A DNA stretch of 64,000 bases. It comes from Nitrospirota bacterium. Its GTDB lineage: Bacteria; Nitrospirota; UBA9217. This document shows, one piece after another, positions 28,656 through 38,698 of the stretch. Both the position numbers and the translations under genes were made by a program. Numbering within the stretch: position 1 is the first letter of the stretch; every line of letters starts with the position of its first letter. Under the pieces are notes generated by a model. That model was given only the letters and a program-made list of their open reading frames with translations. It was not told the origin of the DNA and did not search any database. The DNA lies in the NCBI GenBank assembly GCA_035623825.1, contig DASPSR010000007.1, forward strand, positions 32,001 to 96,000, read 5' to 3'.

Positions 28656-30442
28656 CGTTTTCCTCCTGCATGCAAGAGCTTCTTACGGGCGTGGAGAGCA
28701 AAGACCAGCAGTCCCGCACTCACCAAGGTGAGGGCTTTTGCTAAGGCTGATGCCCGCGTCATGAACAGTGCGCCGCCGACTGCCGGCATGAGCGCCATCC
28801 GCACCGCGGGTTTGAGCCAGGGATGTGCGTTGATGAACTCCGCACCGCCCGGCCCGACCCGGTAATACCACCGGACAAAAGCCCTCCCTGGTGCGTTCGT
28901 CAGAAGGTACCGCTCACGGAACTCCCGCAGTGCCTGCACCTGAGATGCCGAGTAATGGCCGTATGCTGCGGTTGCTATGAAGCAGCCGTTGTTGACGAGA
29001 TCCGGGTTCGGTATGATGGTTTCGGGGAAATCTGTCTGGGAGTTCGAAAGGGGGCCTTCCACCGTACTCCCGATAGGAATCGATTGTTCCGCCGAGTAAT
29101 TGCTTTCATGGGAAACGCCAGGGGTACCGCCGCCCGCGCCTACTACCGTACTGTCAAATGCTGTTACCGAAAAAAAATAGGTGTTCTGAGCTAAAGCAGA
29201 GACAGTGATGAGATAATAGTGACCATTTATCAGCCCCCCGAGCGCGTATGAGGTCGTGTTGCCGACATGGATGGTGGTGGTTGTAGCCGAGCTAACAATA
29301 GATGTATCAGTGTAATGGAGAAGGTAATCCGTCGCTGCTGGAACTGCCGACCAACTGGCGAACAGTGTTCCGTTACCGATACCCAGTTTATTGAGAACAG
29401 GCGCTGAGACTGATTCGACAGCTTCAGATAGGCCGCTGATGACGGTGCTCGTCACCGAACTTGCCAGGGTCGCCTTACTATCATAGGGCGCACCCGACCT
29501 GTTCAGACTGTAATATACATTATATCCGCCTATGTTATAGGCATTGTTTGGCGACCAGTCTACCGATACCGAACCCGAACTAGGCGAGCTGAGCGCAACG
29601 CCAGAGATTATAAATGGTATGGTATCGGCACCCGCACCGCCGTAGGCCCCGATGTCGGTTCCGCTAAAACCGTTCCCAATGCAGGGTGAGCCTTGCTGTA
29701 GATGCAAATCCATTCCTGGCGGCGGACTGCTGGGGTTGACGAACTTAGGATTGGTGGCGGCAACAATCGAATTCGGAATGTTTGTATCGCCTGTCGGCAA
29801 GAATGTGTAACCATTATTCGGATTTGCATCGAAATCATTATACGTGATGTTAGTAGTCTGCGGAGAAGACAGCGCAGTGCTGTTTTGGGAAAAAATATTG
29901 CTCTGAATCAGGATACCCGTGGGGGGACTGCTTATGGCAGTTAGATTTTGAAAAAAAGTGTTATTTGAGATCGTACCAGATGAAGAAGCGCCTTGGAACT
30001 CAATTGCTGTTGCCTTCCCGCTCCCAAAGAAGACGTTGTTGGAAATATTCGCCGATGATACACCCGTGAGCTGTATGCCGACTGATGTGCTTACGATCGT
30101 AAGTTTTGAAATATTTACAGTCCCCAGACCATTTGCCGTGATAGCCGGACCGCTGGCACTCTGGAGAACCGTCCTGGCTGTCTCGGTGCCTGATATGGGC
30201 AGATTGTCAACAGTCAAAGAGACCGATTCGGTGTATGTGCCGGCTTCAATAACAATACTGGGACTGGTGGTATTACTGGCTGCGCTGACGGCAGCCGAAA
30301 TCGAAGCGAAACAATTTACATTAAGCGCCGAGCCGCACGATTTACTCACTGTCAATGTCGCCGCCTGCACGATGCGGGGCGAAGAGGTGATGAGCAAGAT
30401 CAATATGGAAAATGAAAGCACGATGGCATGTCTTGTGCGCAT
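28652..30442 (-). CDS. secreted beta-helix/FN3 surface protein with CFI-box-CTERM tail
   Basis: Signal peptide, IEAGTY, Asn-rich beta-helix repeats, [17 protein letters not shown]3-like segments, CFIATAAYG...LREFRE...YY...P, TM plus basic tail. Confidence 0.82.
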   Translation of the reverse strand: MRTRHAIVLSFSILILLITSSPRIVQAATLTVSKSCGSALNVNCFASISAAVSAASNTTSPSIVIEAGTYTESVSLTVDNLPISGTETARTVLQSASGPAITANGLGTVNISKLTIVSTSVGIQLTGVSSANISNNVFFGSGKATAIEFQGASSSGTISNNTFFQNLTAISSPPTGILIQSNIFSQNSTALSSPQTTNITYNDFDANPNNGYTFLPTGDTNIPNSIVAATNPKFVNPSSPPPGMDLHLQQGSPCIGNGFSGTDIGAYGGAGADTIPFIISGVALSSPSSGSVSVDWSPNNAYNIGGYNVYYSLNRSGAPYDSKATLASSVTSTVISGLSEAVESVSAPVLNKLGIGNGTLFASWSAVPAATDYLLHYTDTSIVSSATTTTIHVGNTTSYALGGLINGHYYLITVSALAQNTYFFSVTAFDSTVVGAGGGTPGVSHESNYSAEQSIPIGSTVEGPLSNSQTDFPETIIPNPDLVNNGCFIATAAYGHYSASQVQALREFRERYLLTNAPGRAFVRWYYRVGPGGAEFINAHPWLKPAVRMALMPAVGGALFMTRASALAKALTLVSAGLLVFALHARKKLLHAGGKR

Positions 30443-30499
30443 GCTTTTTCCCTTCAATGAGTAAATTTTAAAGCCATACCAAAGAAGGTATAAATTCAA

Positions 30500-30786
30500 A
30501 CCGAGATTACCGTCTTCTGCAAAAGAGATGAGAACGCCCGCTTATTGTTAACGTGATTTCCTGCATAGGTGCCGGCTTCGATCAATGCGGAATGGCTTTG
30601 CCTGCATTCGCCAGGTCCGCGACCAAGGCCACCGCGACGATGGCTGACTGAGTGGTGAATACTGAGCGAGAACAAAGAGCTTAATAGCTGCAGCGACGGC
30701 GGTCGAACGAGCTATGAGCGCAAACAGAATGCGCGTTACAACAGAACATGTAAGAAATTGTTCGCCTCACTTCACCGGTCCTCATG
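30500..30786 (-). pseudogene. possible degraded remnant of a paralog of the CFI-box gene 5' end
   Basis: Frameshifted segments read IEAGTY then [12 protein letters not shown] versus [20 protein letters not shown] in the intact gene. Confidence 0.35.
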
Positions 30787-31060
30787 AGAAAGCTCAATAA
30801 CCATAGCATAATAAGAGTGGGAAAGTCAAACCCATATGAGGAGGAGGCAGCGTTGTCGCCGTGCCCGGAAGGCAAGAATGTCACGTTTTTTATTGTAGCC
30901 CGCTGTGATTTACGGTATCATTGGCATTGCGCAGAATTTAACGCTGGGAACAGCTGCTTTCATTTCGCCTTGCACTGCAGCAAATTATAATGCTAAGGTC
31001 AGAGACATGATTGACAACCCGTCTTCACGCCGCCGTCTTGCGCTTCGGGGGACGAACGCC

Positions 31061-34000
31061 ATGATTAGACACATTCGTTTGAGTTGTTTCGTCTTAGCGC
31101 TTCTCACGATATTGGCTTCAACGGCATTTGCCTACCAGCAGATCGAGTTCATCAGAGAAATCGGCGGTTCCGAAAAAAAAACCAAAGAACGCCTGTTGAG
31201 CTCACCCAGGGCGCTGGCACTGTCCGGGGAAAAGATCTATATTGCTGACACCGATGCGCACAGGGTCGCGGTACTTGATATGAGCGGCAAGATGGTTTTC
31301 TCGTGGGGCGAGAAGGGTGATAAGTCCGGCCAGTTCAAGTCGCCTGCAGGCATCGCTGTTGATGAGCAGGGCAGGGTTTATGTCGCAGATACGGGCAACG
31401 GACGCATCCAGGTGTTCGATGCAGCGGGAAAGTGGCTCAGGAGCATCGGCGGCAAGGGCAGCGGGCCCCGCGAATTCAGCAATCCTTCGGGGATCACGGT
31501 CCGAAGAGGGCTACTCTATGTTGCCGATGCAGGAAACAGCCGAGTTCAGGTGCTCACCTACGACGGTATCTTCACCGGACAGTTTACGGTGAAGACCAAG
31601 AAGGATGAAATGAGGGCGCCTGTAGCGGTGGCGGTGGATGTTCGGAACAAGGTTTACGTGCTTGATGCCGACGGCAATACGGTCCGTGTATTCGACGCCG
31701 CAGGGGTACAGATAGAAAAATTCGGCTCCCGGGGCAAGGGATCCGGAGGATTTAATAAACCGCAAGGTCTTGCCGTTGACAATCGCGGGAACGTCTATGT
31801 GTCGGACATGGGAAACTTTAAACTCAAGAAGTTCGATGGCGAGGGAACGCTGCTCGGATCCCTTGGTTCCGAGGGCGACGGACCGGGTCAGTTCCGCGAG
31901 GCTGCCGGAATCGACATTGACCGTGATGGCGAAGTCTTCATGCTCGATGCTGGGAAAAACACGCTTCAGATATTCTCATCCGAGCCCGATGATGGCCGGC
32001 AGCTTGAGCCAGCTTCTCCGCTGCCGACAGTAGGGCTGGTGCAGGAATCGCCAGGCGAGGTCAGCGCCATTGCCGCGAACAAGCGGGTATGGGCGCTTAC
32101 CAACGATTCAATAATCGCTGTTGGCGTTCGTGGCGAACGAACCATCGGTTCCCGCGGCAGCAAACCCGCTCTGCTCAAGAATCCCCGTGGACTGACCTTG
32201 GATAGAGCGGGAAATTTCTGGGTGGCCGATACGGGCAATGACAGACTGCAGAAATTCAGCCTCCAAGGCAGTCTCCTCCAAGTGATTGGGCAATCGGGTT
32301 CAGGCGAGGGGGAGTTCCGTTCGCCGTCGGGTATCGCCATCGACTCCAAGGGGACCATTTACGTTGCAGACACCGGTAACAGGCGGGTGCAGGTATTCAG
32401 CTCCAAGGGAATGTTCCTCGGAACCTTTGGCAAAGGGGGGAATCTTCGCGGGCAGTTCAGCGAGCCTGTAGGCTTAGCCGTGGATGGCTCGGACTTCGTT
32501 TATGTTGTTGACCGCGGGAACGACCGGATTGCAAAATACGATAACAAAGGAGTACTTGTTTGGGAAACTGGCAAGACAGGAAAGCAGGACGGTGAATTTA
32601 ATGCTCCATCGGACGTCCTCGTCTTGCCGGAAGGCGAGCTCTGTGTCCTCGATGCGGGCAATGCGCGCGTCCAGGTTTTCGACCGGAATGGCAAATTTCT
32701 CAGAAAGTTCGGTAACGAGGGCAAGGGGCCGGGAGAGTTCCGTTCGCCCCAAGGACTGGCCCTAGAGTCGAGCGTCAGACTCTACGTCGGTGACCGGGGC
32801 AACAGCCGGGTGCAGGTCTTTTCGCTCCACTATACGCCAGCCGAGCCCCGGGACCTCGCTGTACAGACGAGGGCGAATCAAATCCAGCTGAATTGGAAGG
32901 CGAATACTGAACCGTTCTTGGAACAGTATAGAGTCTATCGCTCAGATTCTCCCACAGGGCAGTTCAAGCTCATTGGAACACCGACGGAACCGTTTTTTAT
33001 CGATCGGAACCTTCCGAGCAACCGGGCCTTCATCTACCGCGTGACGGGCAAGGCGAGAGAAGGAAATGAGAGCGTCGCTTCAGATTCAGTCACTGCCATG
33101 ACACCAAAGCTGGTCCCCGTTCACCCGAAAAAAGTGCGCATAGAACCGTGGGAGAAGGAGGTCACGCTCTCCTGGCTTCCGAACACAGAGCCCTTCGTAA
33201 GCCACTACCGCGTGTACCGAACCAAGCAGGTGAAGACGGGATTTGAACTTGTGGCCAGGACTGAGAAGACCGTTTTTGTGGACAGTCCGCTTGCCGACGA
33301 GACACTGTACTATTATCAGGTAACGGCCGTGGGAAAAGAAGGAGATGAGAGCCCGCCAAGCGAAGTGGTATTCGCATCAACGCCTAAAGCGTCCCTCACC
33401 ATGCCACCGATTGAAATCAGTCGGATCGAGATCAACGAGATTTTTGCAGCCGCGTATAAGAACTACGAATCGAATCCTCTCGGCAAATTAGTGATCACGA
33501 ACAATACCGACCAGCCCTACCCCAAAGCGAAGATCCGCTTCTCCATTAAGGGGTTCATGGATTATCCCGCGGAGATCGAGATCGCGGAAATCGCTCCGAA
33601 ACAGAGTATGGTCCTGGAACTCAAACCAGTCTTCAACAATAAGATTCTGGACGTGACCGAGAACGCATCACTGCAGAGCGAAATTAATCTTACTTATTAC
33701 GAGGCCGGAGAACCAAAGACCGTGACACGGAGCTTTCCGGTCACGCTTTACGAACTGCACGCTATACGATGGGACCAGAAGGCAAAGATAGGGTCGTTCG
33801 TTACGGCAAATGATGCGGTCGTTGCGGATTTCGCCAGATCGGTGATTCTGCCGTATGCGGATTCATATCCCTCTCTGCACAAGTCGATTGTGTATGCACG
33901 TGCCATATATGATGCCCTCGGCGTTCTGGGCGTGTCCTACATTGTGGACCAGACACCGTTCCAAGAGTTTTCCGAAAACACCGCAATCGTGGATTACACT

Positions 34001-34861
34001 CAGTTTCCCCGCGACGTGCTTGCGAGGAAGAGCGGGGACTGCGACGACCTTTCAATGATGTACGCAGCATCCTTGGAAAACATCGGGATCGAAACTGCCC
34101 TCGTGGGCGTGCCGGGCCATGTCTTCGTCATGTTCAATACCGGGACTGCAGAGAACGAGCGGTTTATGCTCGGTTTTCCCGATGACCTGCTGGTTGTGTA
34201 CCAAGGCACTGCCTGGATACCGGTTGAAATGACCTTGGTGGGTACGTCGTTCACACGGGCATGGCAGAAGGGTGCCGAAGAATGCCGAGACTGGTCGGCA
34301 AAGGGAAAGATGGACATCATAAGCGTCCACAAAGCATGGGAGCGGTTCCAGCCTGTCACTCTGTCAGCTTCGGATATCAAGGTAAGCAAGGTCAAGAGCG
34401 ATGATATAGAGGCAAAATACAAAGGCGAGCTTCAGACCCTTGCCGAGCAGCGGCTCGCCAATCTGTCTGCGAGGCTTATCGATACCCTTAAGAAGAATTC
34501 GCGTGATCTCAACGCACTGGGCCAGCTGGGGCTCCTGTATAGCGAAAACGGTCTCTATGCAGAAGCACTCGAGCAGTTCCAGAAAATGCTTGCCATCGAC
34601 AAAAACGACGCCATGGCACTCAATAATATTGGGAATATCAACTACCTTCAGGGAAGGCTGGACGACGCGCGCTTGGCGTACGAGGCGACGCTCAAGATCT
34701 CCGAATCGGAACCGGGTGTCATGGTGAACTTGGCCCGAGTCTTTTTGCAGATGGGCAAGAAGGAGGAAGCCAAGCAGTGGTTCCAGAATGCGCTTGCTCT
34801 CGACCCGAGAGTGGTACGTAGCTACAACGACCTTGCGGCGAGTCTGGGAGTGATAAAATAG
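31061..34861 (+). CDS. large exported NHL-repeat/FN3/transglutaminase-like/TPR protein
   Basis: Signal peptide, many P.GIAVD..G..YVADTGN.R.Q.F repeats, two FN3-like domains, GDCDD...HVF, C-terminal TPRs. Confidence 0.88.
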   Translation: MIRHIRLSCFVLALLTILASTAFAYQQIEFIREIGGSEKKTKERLLSSPRALALSGEKIYIADTDAHRVAVLDMSGKMVFSWGEKGDKSGQFKSPAGIAVDEQGRVYVADTGNGRIQVFDAAGKWLRSIGGKGSGPREFSNPSGITVRRGLLYVADAGNSRVQVLTYDGIFTGQFTVKTKKDEMRAPVAVAVDVRNKVYVLDADGNTVRVFDAAGVQIEKFGSRGKGSGGFNKPQGLAVDNRGNVYVSDMGNFKLKKFDGEGTLLGSLGSEGDGPGQFREAAGIDIDRDGEVFMLDAGKNTLQIFSSEPDDGRQLEPASPLPTVGLVQESPGEVSAIAANKRVWALTNDSIIAVGVRGERTIGSRGSKPALLKNPRGLTLDRAGNFWVADTGNDRLQKFSLQGSLLQVIGQSGSGEGEFRSPSGIAIDSKGTIYVADTGNRRVQVFSSKGMFLGTFGKGGNLRGQFSEPVGLAVDGSDFVYVVDRGNDRIAKYDNKGVLVWETGKTGKQDGEFNAPSDVLVLPEGELCVLDAGNARVQVFDRNGKFLRKFGNEGKGPGEFRSPQGLALESSVRLYVGDRGNSRVQVFSLHYTPAEPRDLAVQTRANQIQLNWKANTEPFLEQYRVYRSDSPTGQFKLIGTPTEPFFIDRNLPSNRAFIYRVTGKAREGNESVASDSVTAMTPKLVPVHPKKVRIEPWEKEVTLSWLPNTEPFVSHYRVYRTKQVKTGFELVARTEKTVFVDSPLADETLYYYQVTAVGKEGDESPPSEVVFASTPKASLTMPPIEISRIEINEIFAAAYKNYESNPLGKLVITNNTDQPYPKAKIRFSIKGFMDYPAEIEIAEIAPKQSMVLELKPVFNNKILDVTENASLQSEINLTYYEAGEPKTVTRSFPVTLYELHAIRWDQKAKIGSFVTANDAVVADFARSVILPYADSYPSLHKSIVYARAIYDALGVLGVSYIVDQTPFQEFSENTAIVDYTQFPRDVLARKSGDCDDLSMMYAASLENIGIETALVGVPGHVFVMFNTGTAENERFMLGFPDDLLVVYQGTAWIPVEMTLVGTSFTRAWQKGAEECRDWSAKGKMDIISVHKAWERFQPVTLSASDIKVSKVKSDDIEAKYKGELQTLAEQRLANLSARLIDTLKKNSRDLNALGQLGLLYSENGLYAEALEQFQKMLAIDKNDAMALNNIGNINYLQGRLDDARLAYEATLKISESEPGVMVNLARVFLQMGKKEEAKQWFQNALALDPRVVRSYNDLAASLGVIK

Positions 34862-35093
34862 AAGATAATAGAAAAAATTTAAACAGCAATTGATGACTGC
34901 TAGGACGTCGTTCACTAAAAAAAAGTCGTGAACTAAAACCCGTGAACAATATCCTGACAATTGTTAACAAAAATAAATTCTAAATAAATTAAAATAGTAA
35001 TTTCAAATGTTGGCACTGTTTTAAATTTTTGACTTTCGGTTTCATTGCGCATTGAGGGTCTCGGTTTTAGTACCTATCGATCCAAGGAGCGTC

Positions 35094-35531
35094 ATGTTGA
35101 ACAAGATGGCCATCCTTGCCGTTCTTGTCTGTTTATTTTGCGCCCTGGTTCTTGCCCAGGCTCAGGAGCAACAGAAGAAGTCTGGTGATCCTGGTATCTC
35201 CGCGTGGCTGCATGGTCTGCAGAACAAGCTAGAACAGATCGTGCCAAGGAAATCCGTCCCTCTGAGAAGCGGGGTTGGCGGGTTGCACGGATCCAGGGAA
35301 GCCCCCCAGGTCAGGCTTTATTGGAAAGGCAATAAGGACGACGAGGCGGTAACGGAAGGGGAACTTATGAAATTCAAGTCGGCTGTCGACGCAGCGGCAA
35401 AGGACGATCGTGCTGGTTCTGTCAAAGGATTCGAAGAGTTCATGAAACTGTATCCTGACAGCGCCCTTATCCCCGATGCCAAGAAGACACTCGACATCAT
35501 GAGGTCAGAAGGGAAAGGGGAGAAAAAATGA
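35094..35531 (+). CDS. exported hypothetical protein with TPR-like C-terminal helices
   Basis: AAGGAG RBS, signal peptide, LYWKG, FEEFMKLYPDS. Confidence 0.7.
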   Translation: MLNKMAILAVLVCLFCALVLAQAQEQQKKSGDPGISAWLHGLQNKLEQIVPRKSVPLRSGVGGLHGSREAPQVRLYWKGNKDDEAVTEGELMKFKSAVDAAAKDDRAGSVKGFEEFMKLYPDSALIPDAKKTLDIMRSEGKGEKK

Positions 35532-35744
35532 GATCATATTCGAGTGTTTTTTTTGGCGGTCTTTGAGGGCCGAGCAATGCAACCTCAGGTTTTTGCGTTT
35601 AGTACAAACTACGGAATCTTAATGTCATTGGTTTTCGATTGCCGCTCAGCGGCGCGTCGAACCCTGATATTGATCTGTCAAGGACAGGACCATATCCTGC
35701 TTTTTTTCTGGATGTTTGAACGGCAATCTGATAGTCTTGCCTGC

Positions 35745-37016
35745 ATGATAAAACCGTCTGCAGCGCCCCATAATCCTTGGACCTTCCTGCCTACCCTCTA
35801 CTTTGCCGAAGGCCTGCCCTATGTCATCATCAACACGGTGTCGGTCATCATGTATAAGCGGATGGGGATCGACAACGCCCACATTGCATTCTGGACCAGT
35901 TTCCTCTACCTCCCCTGGGTCATCAAGATGTTCTGGGGCCCACTCGTGGACATCTATTCAACCAAGAGGAACTGGATACTCTCTACGCAGTTAGCCATGA
36001 CCGCATGCACCCTTTCCCTCGCGTTCTCGCTCAGAACAGCTGGCTTTTTCTCCCTGTCCCTGTCTGCATTATTTGTTGGTGCGTTCATCTCAGCGACCTA
36101 TGACATCGCCACAGATGGATTTTACATGCTCGCGCTCACCGAGAATGAGCAGGCGCTGTTCGTTGGGATCAGGGCAGCTTTCTACCGGTTGGCGATGATC
36201 TTCGGATCCGGCGTACTTGTATATTTGGCCGGCATCCTCGAAACGCTCACCGGCAACATTCCCTTGAGCTGGACTGTGGTCATGGCCCTTACCGCAATAA
36301 TTTTTGCACTGGCTTTTCTGTACCATACAGTTATGCTTCCTGTACCTGCTGCTGACAAGAAGCGTTTGGCACGAGAGAATACTGATCATACATCCTTCGG
36401 AGAGGTCATCCGGTCCTACTTCAACCAAAGGAAAATTGGGACCATGCTTGCGTTCATCCTGCTCTACCGGCTGGGCGAGGCCATGCTTATAAAACTGGTC
36501 TCTCCCTTTCTTCTGGATCCGAAGAGCGCGGGGGGGCTGGAATTAACGACAAAGCAGGTTGGCTTGGTCTACGGGACGGTGGGAGTTCTGTCGCTCGTCT
36601 CCGGTGGGGTCCTAGGCGGTTGGCTGATATCAAAATTCGGTTTCAAGCGATGTGTCTGGCCCATGGTGCTTGCCATGCACATCCCCGACCTCTTTTTTGT
36701 ATACATGGCCTATACGCAGCCCGGCATCGGGCTCATCTATCCGCTTGTAGCCTTCGAACAGTTCGGGTATGGCGTCGGTTTTACGGTATTCACGGTATAT
36801 CTCATGTATACGGCGAACGGAAGATACAAGACATCTCACTACGCCATCTCCACAGGAATCATGGCGCTTGGAATGATGCTTCCGGGATTCATCAGCGGGT
36901 ACGTTCAGCAGGTCTTGGGCTATAAAATGTTTTTCATAATTGTCTGCCTGATGACGATCCCCGGGATGCTGACCATTCCGTTTATTCAGAAGGATGGAAT
37001 GGATATAAACAGATGA
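35745..37016 (+). CDS. AmpG-family muropeptide MFS permease
   Basis: PTLYFAEGLP, LPWVIKMFWGPLVD, SATYDIATDG, 12 TM. Confidence 0.85.
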   Translation: MIKPSAAPHNPWTFLPTLYFAEGLPYVIINTVSVIMYKRMGIDNAHIAFWTSFLYLPWVIKMFWGPLVDIYSTKRNWILSTQLAMTACTLSLAFSLRTAGFFSLSLSALFVGAFISATYDIATDGFYMLALTENEQALFVGIRAAFYRLAMIFGSGVLVYLAGILETLTGNIPLSWTVVMALTAIIFALAFLYHTVMLPVPAADKKRLARENTDHTSFGEVIRSYFNQRKIGTMLAFILLYRLGEAMLIKLVSPFLLDPKSAGGLELTTKQVGLVYGTVGVLSLVSGGVLGGWLISKFGFKRCVWPMVLAMHIPDLFFVYMAYTQPGIGLIYPLVAFEQFGYGVGFTVFTVYLMYTANGRYKTSHYAISTGIMALGMMLPGFISGYVQQVLGYKMFFIIVCLMTIPGMLTIPFIQKDGMDINR

Positions 37017-37382
37017 ATCTATTTTCCGGCTGATTCAGCGTCCGGGGACTCGATCATTTTTCCCCTTCGCCTGCATATTGCGCACTCGGCGACCTCTTCC
37101 GAACCGTCTTCCCAAAGTACAATCTTGATGCCTGAGTTCCAGCAGACAGGGTTGATTGTCTTCACCAATGTCGGCGGGAAAACGCAAAAAAATTGACGGC
37201 TGCAGGCAGCCTGCAGGCTCTCTCAGGAAAGGGGAGAGTTTTTCAAAGAAGCGTGTCTGTATTGGGAATGACTGTGTTCGAAACATTTGCTGGTATCTTT
37301 TTATGAAAGCGGGTAAAATAAAGAAATTCGCTGTGCCGATGTCCTGCGACGTGCTGGTATACTATATTATGAGGAGTTCCGT

Positions 37383-38309
37383 ATCAACAGTGTCCTGTAC
37401 TCATTCGGCCTGATTATAGCCGCGGGATATCTTTGGAGGTATTTCAATCCCGGTGGTATTGACCGTCAGCGTGCGCGGCATGCTCTGAGCACAACGGTTC
37501 TTCATTTTTTCCTGCCTGCGCTTGCCTTCGCGCTAGTTGCAGGCGCTCACGTCGACAAGAGCTTTATCTCGGTGCCGCTGACAGCGGCTGTTGTCACGCT
37601 ATTGGGGATCGCAGCCGGGTTTGCAGCGTACAAACTGATCCCATGGTTTACGAATATAACGCGCCCCGCGCTCGGGGTTTTGGTTCTCGCGGCTTCCTTT
37701 GGCAACGTAACCTATCTTGGTCTGCCGGTCATTACTGAGATTCTCGGCGCGCAGCGCGGGTATGTGGCGATCCTCTACGATCTTCTCGCGGCCACGCCCA
37801 TCCTGCTTACCGTAGGCGTATTTATTGCCGCACGGTACGGTCGCGGCGATTCGGTATCGTTTGCGCTGTCTATCAGACGTGTGCTCAGGCTGCCACCGCT
37901 CTGGGGCGTAGCCGCCGGTATTGCGGTCCACATCGTCGGGATTGCGATTCCGCAGATTGTGTTGGAAACTGCAGGGCTCATGGGTAAGGCCGTGATCCCG
38001 ATCATGACATTCACGGTGGGCCTCGCGCTTGATTTCAGCGACCTAAGGCGACTGCCAATCGCAATTCCGGCCCTTGCTCTTAAGCTGGGTGCTGCCCCGG
38101 TTCTTGCCTGGTGGTTTGGCTCACGATTTGGCTTAACCGGGGAAGAGCTCAAGGCAGTCACCATTGAGGGGGCTATGCCGGTCATGGTTCTCTCGCTCGT
38201 GATTGCGGACGAATTCGATCTTGATGTGCAACTTGCCGCTATGTGTATTACAGTATCGACGGTAGCGCTGTTCTTCACGATGCCGGTGGTGATGAATATG
38301 CTGTTCTGA
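37383..38309 (+). CDS. AEC family transporter (probable ATC start)
   Basis: FFLPAL, FGNVTYLGLP, LKL...P, EGAMP; frame open for 63 codons upstream of the track start, GAGGAG 6 nt before ATC. Confidence 0.8.
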   Translation: MNSVLYSFGLIIAAGYLWRYFNPGGIDRQRARHALSTTVLHFFLPALAFALVAGAHVDKSFISVPLTAAVVTLLGIAAGFAAYKLIPWFTNITRPALGVLVLAASFGNVTYLGLPVITEILGAQRGYVAILYDLLAATPILLTVGVFIAARYGRGDSVSFALSIRRVLRLPPLWGVAAGIAVHIVGIAIPQIVLETAGLMGKAVIPIMTFTVGLALDFSDLRRLPIAIPALALKLGAAPVLAWWFGSRFGLTGEELKAVTIEGAMPVMVLSLVIADEFDLDVQLAAMCITVSTVALFFTMPVVMNMLF

Positions 38310-38380
38310 GTTTAGATTAAAGAGGCGCCTTACGTCATGCCACCCGCTCCAAGTCTCATGCGCCTTTCGGAGGTTGGTTT

Positions 38381-38593
38381 ATGAGTGACAGACACAATCA
38401 TTCTCATCTGCATCACGAACACGGACACCACGGCCTGGTGGAGGTCACGCTGCTGCTCGAGGACGAGCACATGGAAGCCCTGGACGAGGTCGCGGCGGAG
38501 ATCAGCAAGGAGCTCAAGCAGCCCTGGGACCGCGGGGCGGTTGTGCGGCTGGCCTTGAGCGAATTCTTCTCGCGGCGAGGTAAAATAACTTAG
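38381..38593 (+). CDS. small His-rich protein with ribbon-helix-helix-like C-terminus
   Basis: GGAGG RBS; HNHSHLHHEHGHH then VTLLL..E..EALDEVA...DRGAVVRLALSEF. Confidence 0.7.
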   Translation: MSDRHNHSHLHHEHGHHGLVEVTLLLEDEHMEALDEVAAEISKELKQPWDRGAVVRLALSEFFSRRGKIT

Positions 38594-38698
38594 CAGGACA
38601 GGGAAACGCGAGAACGGGGGAAGCGCCGACACTCGTCGAATACGTTTCTCCATATTCCGCCAGACATGCAGTTCGCGTAATAAGCATCGGAGTTCTTT

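Noticed and set aside
35010-35027. TTGGCAC sigma54 -24-like box
   Set aside because: No GC at the -12 position
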